64,000 nucleotides of DNA from an uncultured Phycisphaerales bacterium (lineage in GTDB: Bacteria; Planctomycetota; Phycisphaerae; Sedimentisphaerales; Anaerobacaceae): the NCBI GenBank assembly GCA_963772725.1, contig CAVYYI010000001.1:448001-512000 (forward strand), in the 5' to 3' direction. Both the position numbers and the translations under genes were made by a program. The notes under the pieces were generated by a model. It saw nothing but the letters and a program-made list of their open reading frames with translations, was not told the DNA's origin and did not search any database. This document shows positions 55,495 through 64,000 of the stretch, piece after piece. Within the stretch, counting starts at the first letter, position 1. Every line of letters starts with the position of its first letter.

Positions 55495-56172
55495 TTATCT
55501 TCTAATGTCTTTTATATTTTTTACATTTGAAAGAATTTCTTTCACTATTTTCAATTTCATCTCTCCTGCATTGGGAAATAATTTCAATTGATCTTCTTGC
55601 ATAGGATTTAGTTCAATCCAAGATTTAAGATAAGTCAAAATATCAACTGTAATAATACCAGGTGTTTCATTTCCTGAATCTACAAAAAATGGCCTTTCAA
55701 AGATTATCCCATTACTCTTTTTCTTTACCAATTCAACAATTTTCTTTTTTTTTATTTTTCCATTATCATCTATGAAATATGCCATTAATGCCTTATGACC
55801 GGATTTTACTGGTGGTTTGATTTTTCTTAATAGACTCTCTAAAAGATTTAAATAATTTTTTTCGCTATTCCCACATTGATTAGAAGAAAAAAAGAAATTT
55901 AACCTTGCATTTGATTTGGAATTTGTTTTTTGTGCGACAGCATCGACAAAACCAATGCGATCATCAATTGAAACACTGCCGTCTCCATCTTTTGAGAATA
56001 AATATTTACCTTTAAATTCTATATCTGAATCCCATTTTAATTTTTCAAATTCTGCATAAAAAGATTCTTTATATGTAGGATAACTATACGAATTAAAAAC
56101 TGCAGCACCTAAACCGAAAAATTTAGGGGATTTTGAAAAACATTCAACTTCGTCAACGAAAATAAATTGCAT
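55495..56172 (-). CDS. DUF3800-like RNase H-fold protein
   Basis: aggaga RBS; N-terminal FIFVDE, FFGLGAAVF, EFKG, YFIDD, FVDS...GIITVD acidic motifs characteristic of DUF3800. Confidence 0.65.
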   Translation of the reverse strand: MQFIFVDEVECFSKSPKFFGLGAAVFNSYSYPTYKESFYAEFEKLKWDSDIEFKGKYLFSKDGDGSVSIDDRIGFVDAVAQKTNSKSNARLNFFFSSNQCGNSEKNYLNLLESLLRKIKPPVKSGHKALMAYFIDDNGKIKKKKIVELVKKKSNGIIFERPFFVDSGNETPGIITVDILTYLKSWIELNPMQEDQLKLFPNAGEMKLKIVKEILSNVKNIKDIRR

Positions 56173-56369
56173 TGTTATAAATCGTCTCCTATGGTTGAGT
56201 GTACCATACTTATTCTGTATAAACCATCTATAAACTGACTTCCGAAGCCCAAAAGAAAATAGAAAGCGGCATTTTAAAATTTTCAGCCTTCCATTCATCC
56301 TTTTTACTCAATTATAAATCCAAAATCCAAAATCGGCAATCTAAAATCAAAAAAATTCCGTGTTTTTTG

Positions 56370-56565
56370 TTTGACTTAAAAAATGTACAGCCTCTCTTCG
56401 GCTGTACGGCGGTCAAAAACCAAACTTTTGCATTCCAATTACTTTAAGGCCAAACCGCAAAGCGGTAAAAATTCAAAGTGTTGTGCCTTCGTCAAGTTTA
56501 CTTGTAAGTAAGGCATAATGCTTTGAATTTAAAGGCTGATTCATCAGCCGCACCTTAAAGCAATT
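56370..56565 (+). ncRNA. Candidate structured non-coding RNA (hairpin plus four-way junction)
   Basis: Five nested stems including a 21-bp helix; five G-U pairs on the + strand. Confidence 0.5.
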
Positions 56566-56739
56566 CTCTGTGTCCTTCTGTGCTCTCTGTGGCTATATAA
56601 TTATTATGGAAAAAGACCCTGCCGCAGAACACCAGCCAAACAAAAGCAGTGTAATCCGTGATTAAACTTTCTTCGTGTCTTCGTGTCTTCCGGTTCGACA
56701 GGCTCACCGTCCTGAGCAACATCGAAGGAGTGGTGCAGA

Positions 56740-56990
56740 AAACGCGGATATCGCGTCAATGGCCAAAAAAGTAACTTTTTGAAAATAGTCAAAAAACGAA
56801 CGGCGGTTGAACTCAAAACCGGACAGGTAACGACTCGCATAACTGTCTGCAATTACAGCAGATATAACAATGTGCGGACACCAAACGAACAACTAACGAA
56901 CATCAATCGAACAATGACCGAACAACGACCGAGGACAGACAATAATGTTAATAATGTAAAGAATGAAAAGAATGATGTTTTCAAAAACTT
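56740..56990 (+). pseudogene. Remnant of a phage replication-initiator gene with iteron-like repeats
   Basis: Reads TTRITVCNYSRYN..NEQLTN..TDNNVNNVKNEKN; five 11-bp repeats (a.cgaaca...) at 56884-56938 and four 9-bp repeats at 56941-56976. Confidence 0.55.
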
Positions 56991-57122
56991 TAGTTTTCTT
57001 CTTCATTTTGTTCCTGCTGGGTGAACAAAAAACTTGCAAAAATGAAGGGATTAGGGTATTCTGCCACTTTTGCCGAATGGGCGAAAATTGCATTAGAAAC
57101 CATTTTATTAGGAAGTATTGAG

Positions 57123-59147
57123 ATGAGTATAGCGGTAAATAATCCAGGTTTGTCGGAGCTTGATGAACTTTGTATACAGACGATTCGTTTTTTGTCTATG
57201 GAAGGTGTGCAGGCGGCTAAATCGGGCCATCCGGGTATGCCGATGGGAATGGCGCCGGCGGCGTATGTGCTTTGGACTAAGCATCTTAAACATAATCCGG
57301 CTAATCCGCAGTGGCATAATCGCGACAGATTTGTTCTTTCGGCGGGGCATGGAAGTATGCTGCTTTATTCAATACTGCATCTGACCGGGTACGATATAAG
57401 CCTTGACGACCTGAAAAATTTCAGACAATTGGGGAGTAAAACGCCTGGCCATCCGGAATATGAACCGCATCGCGGAATAGAGGTTACAACAGGGCCTTTG
57501 GGGCAGGGGATTTCAAACGCGGTCGGAATGGCGATAGCGCAGAAGTATCTGGCCAGCCATTTCAATAAGGAAGGTTTCCCTGTTATCGATTATAAAATTT
57601 ACACAATCTGCGGCGACGGCTGTATGCAGGAAGGAATTTCATCGGAGGCAAGTTCGCTGGCGGGCCATCTTGGTTTGAATAACCTCATCGTTATTTATGA
57701 TGATAATCATATTACCATCGACGGCGACACGAGTTTATCATTTACGGAGGATGTGGCTAAGCGGTATAAGGCTTACGGCTGGAACGTACTGATTGTCGAT
57801 GGCGATGGGAATGATATGGCTTCCTTTGAAAAGGCATTGAAAAAAGCCAAGAAAGAAACAAGTCGGCCGACGATGATAAAGATTCGCACGCATATCGCGT
57901 ACGGCAGTCCGAATATGCAGGATACGGCGGCAGCACACGGTTCGCCGCTCGGTGATGAGGAAATAAAGTTAATCAAACAGAAATTAGGATGGGACCCCAC
58001 AAAGAGTTTCTATGTGCCGGATTCCGTTTATGCGCAGATGCGTAAAGCGGTTGACAAGGGTAAAAGGGCGGAGAAGGCGTGGAACGCTATGTTCGATAAA
58101 TACGCCGCGATGTATCCGGAATTGGCGGGACAGTTCCGTGAAGCGGCGGCGGGGCGGCTGCCGATAAATCTGGATGAGACTTTGCCTAAATTTGAAGGCG
58201 GCGCTATGGCGACGCGAAAGGCGTCCGGCAAGGTGCTTGACGCAGTTATGCCTAAAATGCCGATGATTATGGGCGGTTCGGCGGACCTTACGCCCTCAAA
58301 TAACACATGGTTTACGGGAGCGACGAATTTCTCGAAAGAGAACCGCGGGGGCAGATATATCCATTACGGTGTTCGCGAACACGGGATGGGCGCGATAATG
58401 AACGGCATTTCGGTGAACGGTCTTGCCCGTGCTTACGGCGCAACGTTTTTGGTTTTCTCGGATTATATGCGGCCTGCGATTCGAGTGGCGGCATTGTCCA
58501 AATATCCGACGATTTTTGTATTTACCCACGATAGTATCGGGGTGGGCGAGGACGGCCCGACGCATCAGCCTGTCGAGCATTTCGCGGCGTTGCGTGCGAT
58601 TCCCAATCTTCTGGTTTTCCGCCCTGCGGACGCGAACGAAACTGTTCAGTCGTGGAAATATATGCTCGAACACAAAGACGGCCCGGCGACGATATTTCTG
58701 ACGCGACAGGATTTGCCGGTTCTCGACCAGAAAAAATACGGTTCAGCGGCCAATGTCGCCAAAGGCGCTTATGTACTTGTTGCCGCGGATAAGCCGGATG
58801 TATTGCTTCTTGGAACCGGTTCGGAAGTAAGCCTGGCGATGAAGGCCTGTGAAACGCTGGCGGCTGAGGGAATCAAGGCACAGGTGGTAAGTATGCCGTG
58901 CTGGAAATTATTTGAAAAGCAGAGCCAGGAATATAAAGATTCGGTTCTTCCTCCGGAAGTTAAGGCCAGAGTAGGCGTAGAGGCCGGCATTGAACAGGGC
59001 TGGAACAAATGGCTCGGCGATAAAGGCGTCTTTATCGGTATGTCTTCTTTCGGGACATCTGCGCCGCAGAAGACTTGTTATGAAAAGTTCGGAATTACCG
59101 CGGAAAATGTTGTTAAGGCCGCGAAAAAATCAATCGGGACTGTTTAA
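57123..59147 (+). CDS. tkt: Transketolase
   Basis: SGHPGMPMG, RDRFVLSAGH, TGPLGQG, GDGCMQEG, GEDGPTHQP. Confidence 0.97.
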   Translation: MSIAVNNPGLSELDELCIQTIRFLSMEGVQAAKSGHPGMPMGMAPAAYVLWTKHLKHNPANPQWHNRDRFVLSAGHGSMLLYSILHLTGYDISLDDLKNFRQLGSKTPGHPEYEPHRGIEVTTGPLGQGISNAVGMAIAQKYLASHFNKEGFPVIDYKIYTICGDGCMQEGISSEASSLAGHLGLNNLIVIYDDNHITIDGDTSLSFTEDVAKRYKAYGWNVLIVDGDGNDMASFEKALKKAKKETSRPTMIKIRTHIAYGSPNMQDTAAAHGSPLGDEEIKLIKQKLGWDPTKSFYVPDSVYAQMRKAVDKGKRAEKAWNAMFDKYAAMYPELAGQFREAAAGRLPINLDETLPKFEGGAMATRKASGKVLDAVMPKMPMIMGGSADLTPSNNTWFTGATNFSKENRGGRYIHYGVREHGMGAIMNGISVNGLARAYGATFLVFSDYMRPAIRVAALSKYPTIFVFTHDSIGVGEDGPTHQPVEHFAALRAIPNLLVFRPADANETVQSWKYMLEHKDGPATIFLTRQDLPVLDQKKYGSAANVAKGAYVLVAADKPDVLLLGTGSEVSLAMKACETLAAEGIKAQVVSMPCWKLFEKQSQEYKDSVLPPEVKARVGVEAGIEQGWNKWLGDKGVFIGMSSFGTSAPQKTCYEKFGITAENVVKAAKKSIGTV

Positions 59148-59164
59148 GTTTCGAGGCGTATTTT

Positions 59165-59524
59165 TTATTTGCCGAGAATCATCCTGATTGAAATAACAAG
59201 GAGCATTACGCCGAAGAGCTTCGAGAGCAAGACCTGATTTATATTTACGGCAAGTTTTGCGCCGAGCAGGCCGCCGATAAAAAATCCGAGACACACAAAC
59301 GCCGCAACTTTGAGGTCAACATAGCCCTTGTTATAATATTCCCATGCGGCCAGCAGACCTATGGGCGGGACCATAATAGCCAATGTGGTGCCTTGTGCCG
59401 TGTGCTGTGACATCTTAAACAGGAAGACCATTGCCGGAATCATAATCAGTCCCCCGCCGAGGCCAAAAAGTCCTCCGAAGACTCCAGATACCAAACCTAC
59501 AAGTACATAGAGCAAAGCACTCAT
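59165..59524 (-). CDS. TauE/SafE-family permease (half-size)
   Basis: GLFGLGGGLIMIP, HTAQGTTL. Confidence 0.85.
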   Translation of the reverse strand: MSALLYVLVGLVSGVFGGLFGLGGGLIMIPAMVFLFKMSQHTAQGTTLAIMVPPIGLLAAWEYYNKGYVDLKVAAFVCLGFFIGGLLGAKLAVNINQVLLSKLFGVMLLVISIRMILGK

Positions 59525-59557
59525 GATTTCGAAACCATCCTTTCCTGAAAATGGCGG

Positions 59558-60361
59558 TCAACCGCCGAACAATTCAACAAATTTTTTTTCAATGTTTTTG
59601 TTTTCACAAAGAGTCTGGCCAATAAGAACGGCACCGATACCGATTGACTTTAATTTTTCGACATCGTCATGCTTCCTGATACCGCTTTCAGCGACAAGTT
59701 CAGTTTTATTGTCCACCAGTTCAGCTAATCGCCTTGCGGTATTCATGTCCACTTTCATAGTCGTAAGGTTACGGTTATTTATGCCGAGAATACTGTATCC
59801 TTTCCTGGGAAAACCGATAAGACTGCGAACAGCCAGAAGTGAATCGGCCTCGTGTACCTCCAGCAGTACGGTTAAGGTCAGTTCAGCCGCCAGTATCATA
59901 AGGTCGGCTATTTCACCGGGTTTAAGCGTTTCAGCGATAAGCAGTATCGCATCGGCGCCTGCGGCACGCGATTCATACACCTGCCATGGGTCGATGATGA
60001 AATCCTTTCGGAGAACAGGCAAATCCACGGCTTGTTTCACCTGGGCGATATATTCGAGACGGCCCTGGAAATATTTTTCATCAGTAAGAACGCTCAGAGC
60101 GTCGGCTCCGCAATTTTGATATGTTTTGGCAATCGCAACGGGATCGAAATCCTCGCGGATTATGCCCGCCGATGGCGAGGCTTTTTTTATTTCGGCGATT
60201 ACATTGAGACCGCGTTTATTGTGTTTAGTGACCGCTTTATAAAAATTGCGGCATTTGGGCATAATTTGAGTCTGTTTCTTGAAATCTTCAAGACTGGTGA
60301 GAAGTTGCCGCTTGGCGACTTCAATTCTCTTATTAGCGATAATCTGCCCTAATATATTCAC
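59558..60361 (-). CDS. trpC: Indole-3-glycerol phosphate synthase
   Basis: IAEIKKASPSAG, LSVLTD, LRKDFI, GINNRNL, VAESGI. Confidence 0.96.
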   Translation of the reverse strand: MNILGQIIANKRIEVAKRQLLTSLEDFKKQTQIMPKCRNFYKAVTKHNKRGLNVIAEIKKASPSAGIIREDFDPVAIAKTYQNCGADALSVLTDEKYFQGRLEYIAQVKQAVDLPVLRKDFIIDPWQVYESRAAGADAILLIAETLKPGEIADLMILAAELTLTVLLEVHEADSLLAVRSLIGFPRKGYSILGINNRNLTTMKVDMNTARRLAELVDNKTELVAESGIRKHDDVEKLKSIGIGAVLIGQTLCENKNIEKKFVELFGG

Positions 60362-60380
60362 GGCGTATTTCCAGTTCCGA

Positions 60381-60773
60381 TTATTTTGCCTCAGACATTT
60401 TTACAAAAGCCATACGTAGCTGGGTAAGCGTATCGGCGAGGACTTTTGCTTCATCCGCGGTGAGGTTGCCTTTGGTTTTTTCCTCAAGGGCTTCGAGCAT
60501 ATCAATATTATATTTTGCCAGTGCGAGGTCAGGCTCTTTTTCTTCGTGACCCTCTATCTGAAGTAATCCCATCGCGAAAAACGCCTGGGTCACAAGCATG
60601 CTTATTAAAGCCGCGAGGTTGCCTTTCGGCAGGGGGCCGTGGCCAAATTTCTTTTTTTCCTCTTTTTGTTTATCTTCCGTTTTTTCCGCAAGGTCTTCTT
60701 TTTCCTTTTGCGCCTGTGTTTTCCAGTCCTCGTCGATAATAATTTTTTTATCTTCTTTTTTTTCTTCAGCCAT
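60381..60773 (-). CDS. DUF1844-like protein
   Basis: IIDEDWK, AKYNIDMLEALEEKTKGNLT..E. Confidence 0.85.
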   Translation of the reverse strand: MAEEKKEDKKIIIDEDWKTQAQKEKEDLAEKTEDKQKEEKKKFGHGPLPKGNLAALISMLVTQAFFAMGLLQIEGHEEKEPDLALAKYNIDMLEALEEKTKGNLTADEAKVLADTLTQLRMAFVKMSEAK

Positions 60774-60811
60774 TTTTGGAGGTTCCTTTAGTTCTTAATT
60801 ATATTATGGTA

Positions 60812-61297
60812 TTATCTTTTGAATTTTCTTCCTTCTCTGTCGAGGTTTCTTTTCTCCTGACGCTCTGTAATTGTTCTGCGTTTATCATATTGTCTTTTAC
60901 CTCTGGCCATCGCCAGTTCGATTTTAGCAAGTCCTCTTTTGTTAAAATAAATTTTAAGCGGAACGAGAGTAAAACCCCGCTGTTCGAGTTTGACTTTGAT
61001 TTTGCGAATTTCAGCGTTGTGCAGTAATAATTTTCTTTTTCGGGTTGGCTCGTGGTTATGTATTCCGGCCTGCTCGTAGGGGGCAATTGTCGCGCCAACG
61101 AGCCAGCATTGGCCGTCATCGAGCCTGGCGTAAGAGCCGCTGAGGTCGGCCTGGCCTGCGCGTAGCGATTTCACTTCGCTTCCGAGAAGCGACATTCCAG
61201 CCTCGAACCTGTCCACGAGTTCGTAGTTAAAATAGGCCTTTTTATTAACTGCCGCCTGGCTATGTTCGTCTTTATTGTCCTTAGATTTCGCTGCCAT
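60812..61297 (-). CDS. smpB: SsrA-binding protein
   Basis: NKKAYFNY, EAGMSLLGSEVKSLR, RKRKLLLH, ARGKRQYDKR. Confidence 0.96.
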   Translation of the reverse strand: MAAKSKDNKDEHSQAAVNKKAYFNYELVDRFEAGMSLLGSEVKSLRAGQADLSGSYARLDDGQCWLVGATIAPYEQAGIHNHEPTRKRKLLLHNAEIRKIKVKLEQRGFTLVPLKIYFNKRGLAKIELAMARGKRQYDKRRTITERQEKRNLDREGRKFKR

Positions 61298-61399
61298 TTG
61301 CGTTATAATATAGGAAGTGTTCCTGTTTTGCAATAAACTTGCCCGCAATGGTAAAACCCCCACAGATTTTATCTGAAAAGTTTTACCGGATTTTATGAA

Positions 61400-61800
61400 G
61401 AATTTATGTAACTTCTAATATCACCAAGATTTAAATCTGCTCAAAGGAGGTGTCTTGGCAGGCTTTTTGCTGCGATTTATCCACTAAAACATATTGTTAA
61501 CAAAAAAATTGATACAATCGTTAAACGGTTTTGGAAATAATTTTAATTAAAATTATTTTATGACGCGGGGGAATATGGATGTAAAGTGTTTGAAATTGTA
61601 ACTTCTTTATATATAATAGGTTACGGCCTATGCGATAATGTTTATGGGACTACGCAGATTAGATTTCAAATCTGAAGGGTAGGAACGAAATTTGCTAAGT
61701 TTAAGAGGTTAAAAATTTTACCCAAATTACCAAAACCGTGTTATCAACAGGTTATCCACAATTAAATTCAGCCTTTTGAGGTAATAAGAGGGGATTGTCA
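61400..61800. other. AT-rich intergenic region with DnaA boxes (possible oriC or DnaA-regulated region)
   Basis: TTATCCACA (61752, perfect), TTATCAACA (61741), TTATCCACT (61477); AT-rich tract 61536-61561. Confidence 0.4.
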
Positions 61801-61950
61801 GTTATAGCAAAATAGTGCAACAAAAAGACTTAAAGCTCGTATAAATGCTGATGAATAAACATTATAAAATAGCGCTTGTTTGTGACGCTTAAAACGATAG
61901 TATATACAGCCTGAATTTAGAGAAAATAGACTTAGGAGAACTTAGTAATT

Positions 61951-64000
61951 ATGCAGCAGAAAAGGTTAAGAGAAAAATTGCGGGATAAATCTGGTTTTGT
62001 TGTTGTCGCTGAGCTGACAGGGGGGCCTAATTTCAGTTTTGTGCCTATTGAAAAATTTCTGAAAGATTATTATGTCTCGGGCGGTTCGAGCATACCAGAG
62101 GGTTTTGATTTTACGGGTATTACACTGCCGCAAAATCCGAGTGGGGTCGCGAACATTGAACCTGCTGATGTGCTGACTCATTTACGTATGAATAATCTGC
62201 TGGGGGATTTGGACATTATTCCGCATATAAGCTGCAAAGACGAGAACGCCAACGCTATCATCAGTGCTCTTACCGGTCTTAAAAAAGCCGGAGTCGAGGC
62301 TGTTCTTGCTCTTACGGGTGATAAGCCGGCAAAGGCAAAGGCGGTTTTTGAGCTCGATGCCATCGGTTTGCTGCAACTGATAAAAAAGATTAATAACGAT
62401 ACATATATGGCGGCTAAAGCTGACACGGTCGATAAGGTGCAGGAAATTTTTGCCGGAGCAGCGGTGTCGCCGTTCAAATATACCGAGCCTTCTTTGATGC
62501 AGCAGTATTACAAGATGGAAAAGAAGATTGCCTGTGGGGCGGGTTTTTTGATTACACAGGTAGGCTGGGACTGGCGGAAATCCGTTGAGCTTTTCCAATA
62601 CCTAAAAGATAACAAGCTGGATATTCCGGTTATCGGCAATGTTTTTCTTCTCAGCACGCTTACACCGGCTCCCCGGCTTATGCACGATATTAAACTTACA
62701 GGGTGTTTTGTGAGCGATGAGCTTCTCGCGAAGGTCAGTTCGGAAACGGTTGATGAACATATCGAACGGGCGGCGCAGCAGGTCGCGATGTATAAGGCTA
62801 TCGGGGCGGCAGGGGTCGATATTGGCGGCGTTCCTGATTTTAAGCTCTTCGCGAAAATACTTGCAAGGGCCGCACAAATCGGTAAAGATTGGGAGCAATT
62901 TAAGGAAAATCTCTCGTGGCCTAAAAAGGATGGTTTCTATCTATACGATGAGCAGGGCAGTCAGGTGACTCTTTCAAAGCAGCCTATGAAATTCAATCAC
63001 AAGATGTTCAACGTACTTCATCGCTGCCTGCTTGACCCTAAGTATAAGGGCTTTCACGCGTTCAAAACAACGATGGCTATGTTCGGAGCGGAAAAAGAAA
63101 ACGGCTTTGCTTATAAAATGTTTAATTCCGCTGAAAAACCCGCAAAATACCTGCTCTTCGATTGCGAGGAGTGCGGTGACTGCTTCCTGCCGGAGAACTT
63201 TAGCTGGTGTACTATCGGCGGCTGCGAAAAGGGTATGAATAATGCTCCGTGCGGAGATGCCACGGTTGACGGTCGCTGCGGAAACAACCTCGAAAGAATT
63301 TGTATCGGGGAATATATATACAATACCGCCGCTGCGGAAAAGAACGGTCTGGCAAAACTTCGTGCCACCATCAATAAACCCCGTGACACATCTCTGGAAC
63401 ATACATCATCAATATTGAATTATCTTTTCGGGAGAGACCACACAATGAAAAATGCGCTTATTTCGATTGGCGAATCTGTTCACGCTTCAATTCCCAAAAC
63501 CGGAGCGGTGATGAAACAACTCGCGGCTCTTGGTGCTGAGGCGTATTCAAAACCCAGCGGGCCGTTGAATTATATAAAGGCGTTAATCGAATCGCAGGCC
63601 GCTGAAGGCGCCGATTACATCGCTGTTAATCTTGACGCGTTTGGGGAGACAAATCCGCAAATTACAGTCGATATGATGCGCGAATATGTAAAATTAGTCC
63701 GTAAATGGGGGATGGGCGTGCCAATCTGTTTTGACAGCAGCAACAATGATGTTCTTATCGCCGGTCTGAAAGAATGGTACGACACGGATGAGCCTGTTAA
63801 GCAGCCGTTAATCAATTCGGTTAAGATTTATACGATGGACGCGATACTCCCGCTGAAGCAGCATTACGATTATGCCTTTATTGGTCTGCTGGTCAGCGAA
63901 GACAAGCCAACGGGGCCGGGTGGTTCGCATTCGATAGATGAATTGTACGGCTTTGCGAAAGAGATTTTCAATACTGCGGTAGGCAAATACGGATTTAAGC
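61951..64000 (+). CDS. Fusion of methylenetetrahydrofolate reductase (MetF), MetV-like Cys-rich domain and pterin-binding methyltransferase domain; truncated by the window end
   Basis: Absent from the ORF track; own translation in one frame with no stop: PHISCKDEN, LALTGD, ITQVGWD; CEECGDC..C...CEKGMNNAPCG..C..C; IGESVHAS, GADYIAVNLD, PICFDSS, LINSV; aggag RBS. Confidence 0.88.
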   Translation, partial: MQQKRLREKLRDKSGFVVVAELTGGPNFSFVPIEKFLKDYYVSGGSSIPEGFDFTGITLPQNPSGVANIEPADVLTHLRMNNLLGDLDIIPHISCKDENANAIISALTGLKKAGVEAVLALTGDKPAKAKAVFELDAIGLLQLIKKINNDTYMAAKADTVDKVQEIFAGAAVSPFKYTEPSLMQQYYKMEKKIACGAGFLITQVGWDWRKSVELFQYLKDNKLDIPVIGNVFLLSTLTPAPRLMHDIKLTGCFVSDELLAKVSSETVDEHIERAAQQVAMYKAIGAAGVDIGGVPDFKLFAKILARAAQIGKDWEQFKENLSWPKKDGFYLYDEQGSQVTLSKQPMKFNHKMFNVLHRCLLDPKYKGFHAFKTTMAMFGAEKENGFAYKMFNSAEKPAKYLLFDCEECGDCFLPENFSWCTIGGCEKGMNNAPCGDATVDGRCGNNLERICIGEYIYNTAAAEKNGLAKLRATINKPRDTSLEHTSSILNYLFGRDHTMKNALISIGESVHASIPKTGAVMKQLAALGAEAYSKPSGPLNYIKALIESQAAEGADYIAVNLDAFGETNPQITVDMMREYVKLVRKWGMGVPICFDSSNNDVLIAGLKEWYDTDEPVKQPLINSVKIYTMDAILPLKQHYDYAFIGLLVSEDKPTGPGGSHSIDELYGFAKEIFNTAVGKYGFK

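Noticed and set aside
52700..56300. Integron cassette array
   Set aside because: No integrase and no convincing attC (RYYYAAC...GTTRRRY) sites between the ORFs
56437..56565. Retron msr-msd
   Set aside because: Terminal inverted repeats with a long hairpin are suggestive, but there is no reverse transcriptase in the window
56685..56735. tRNA fragment or att site suggested by ggttcgac
   Set aside because: No cloverleaf; the sequence belongs to the ~23-bp micro-element family
60812..61950. tmRNA next to smpB
   Set aside because: No GGGG 5' end, T-arm/CCA end or tag reading frame found

Overview
Bacterial chromosomal window. Gene content and style (LPS heptose/lipid A genes, long planctomycete-type ACP, DUF1844, anaerobe-type MetF/MetV) suggest an anaerobic Planctomycetota/Phycisphaerae-like organism; this is inference. 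In order: gatB; a large Pho locus (phoB-phoR, porin, two different PstSCAB-PhoU sets, 11-bp-periodic Pho boxes); an LPS/lipid operon (lpxK, hldE, gmhA, membrane-tailed gmhB, LPS kinase, GT4, plsY, SGNH hydrolase); icd/leuB-family dehydrogenase; an accessory secreted protein; ubiE; a Gfo/Idh/MocA plus isomerase pair; rplS-yraN-tatD; a chimeric deletion scar; a sulfur/Fe-S regulon (sir, cysH, Rrf2, cysK, cysE, nadA, metY, nifU, nifS); ribokinase; PadR plus membrane protein; a type II FAS/PKS-like cluster with pseudo-enzyme partners, plus serS; FabK/NMO; DEAD-box helicase; an accessory island (mosaic of short repeats, complete IS3, two AT-rich genes including a DUF3800-like nuclease, a candidate structured ncRNA, a phage replication-gene remnant); tkt, tauE, trpC, DUF1844, smpB; a DnaA-box region; and a MetF-MetV-pterin-binding fusion that runs off the end. 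About 13 single-base frameshifts, including one in rplS, are most likely long-read assembly errors. Best leads: the DUF3800-like gene pair with the adjacent ncRNA; ~23-bp micro-elements nested inside other repeats; a PstB heterodimer with complementary degenerate ATPase motifs; and the KS/pseudo-KS, DH/pseudo-DH, long-ACP lipid cluster.
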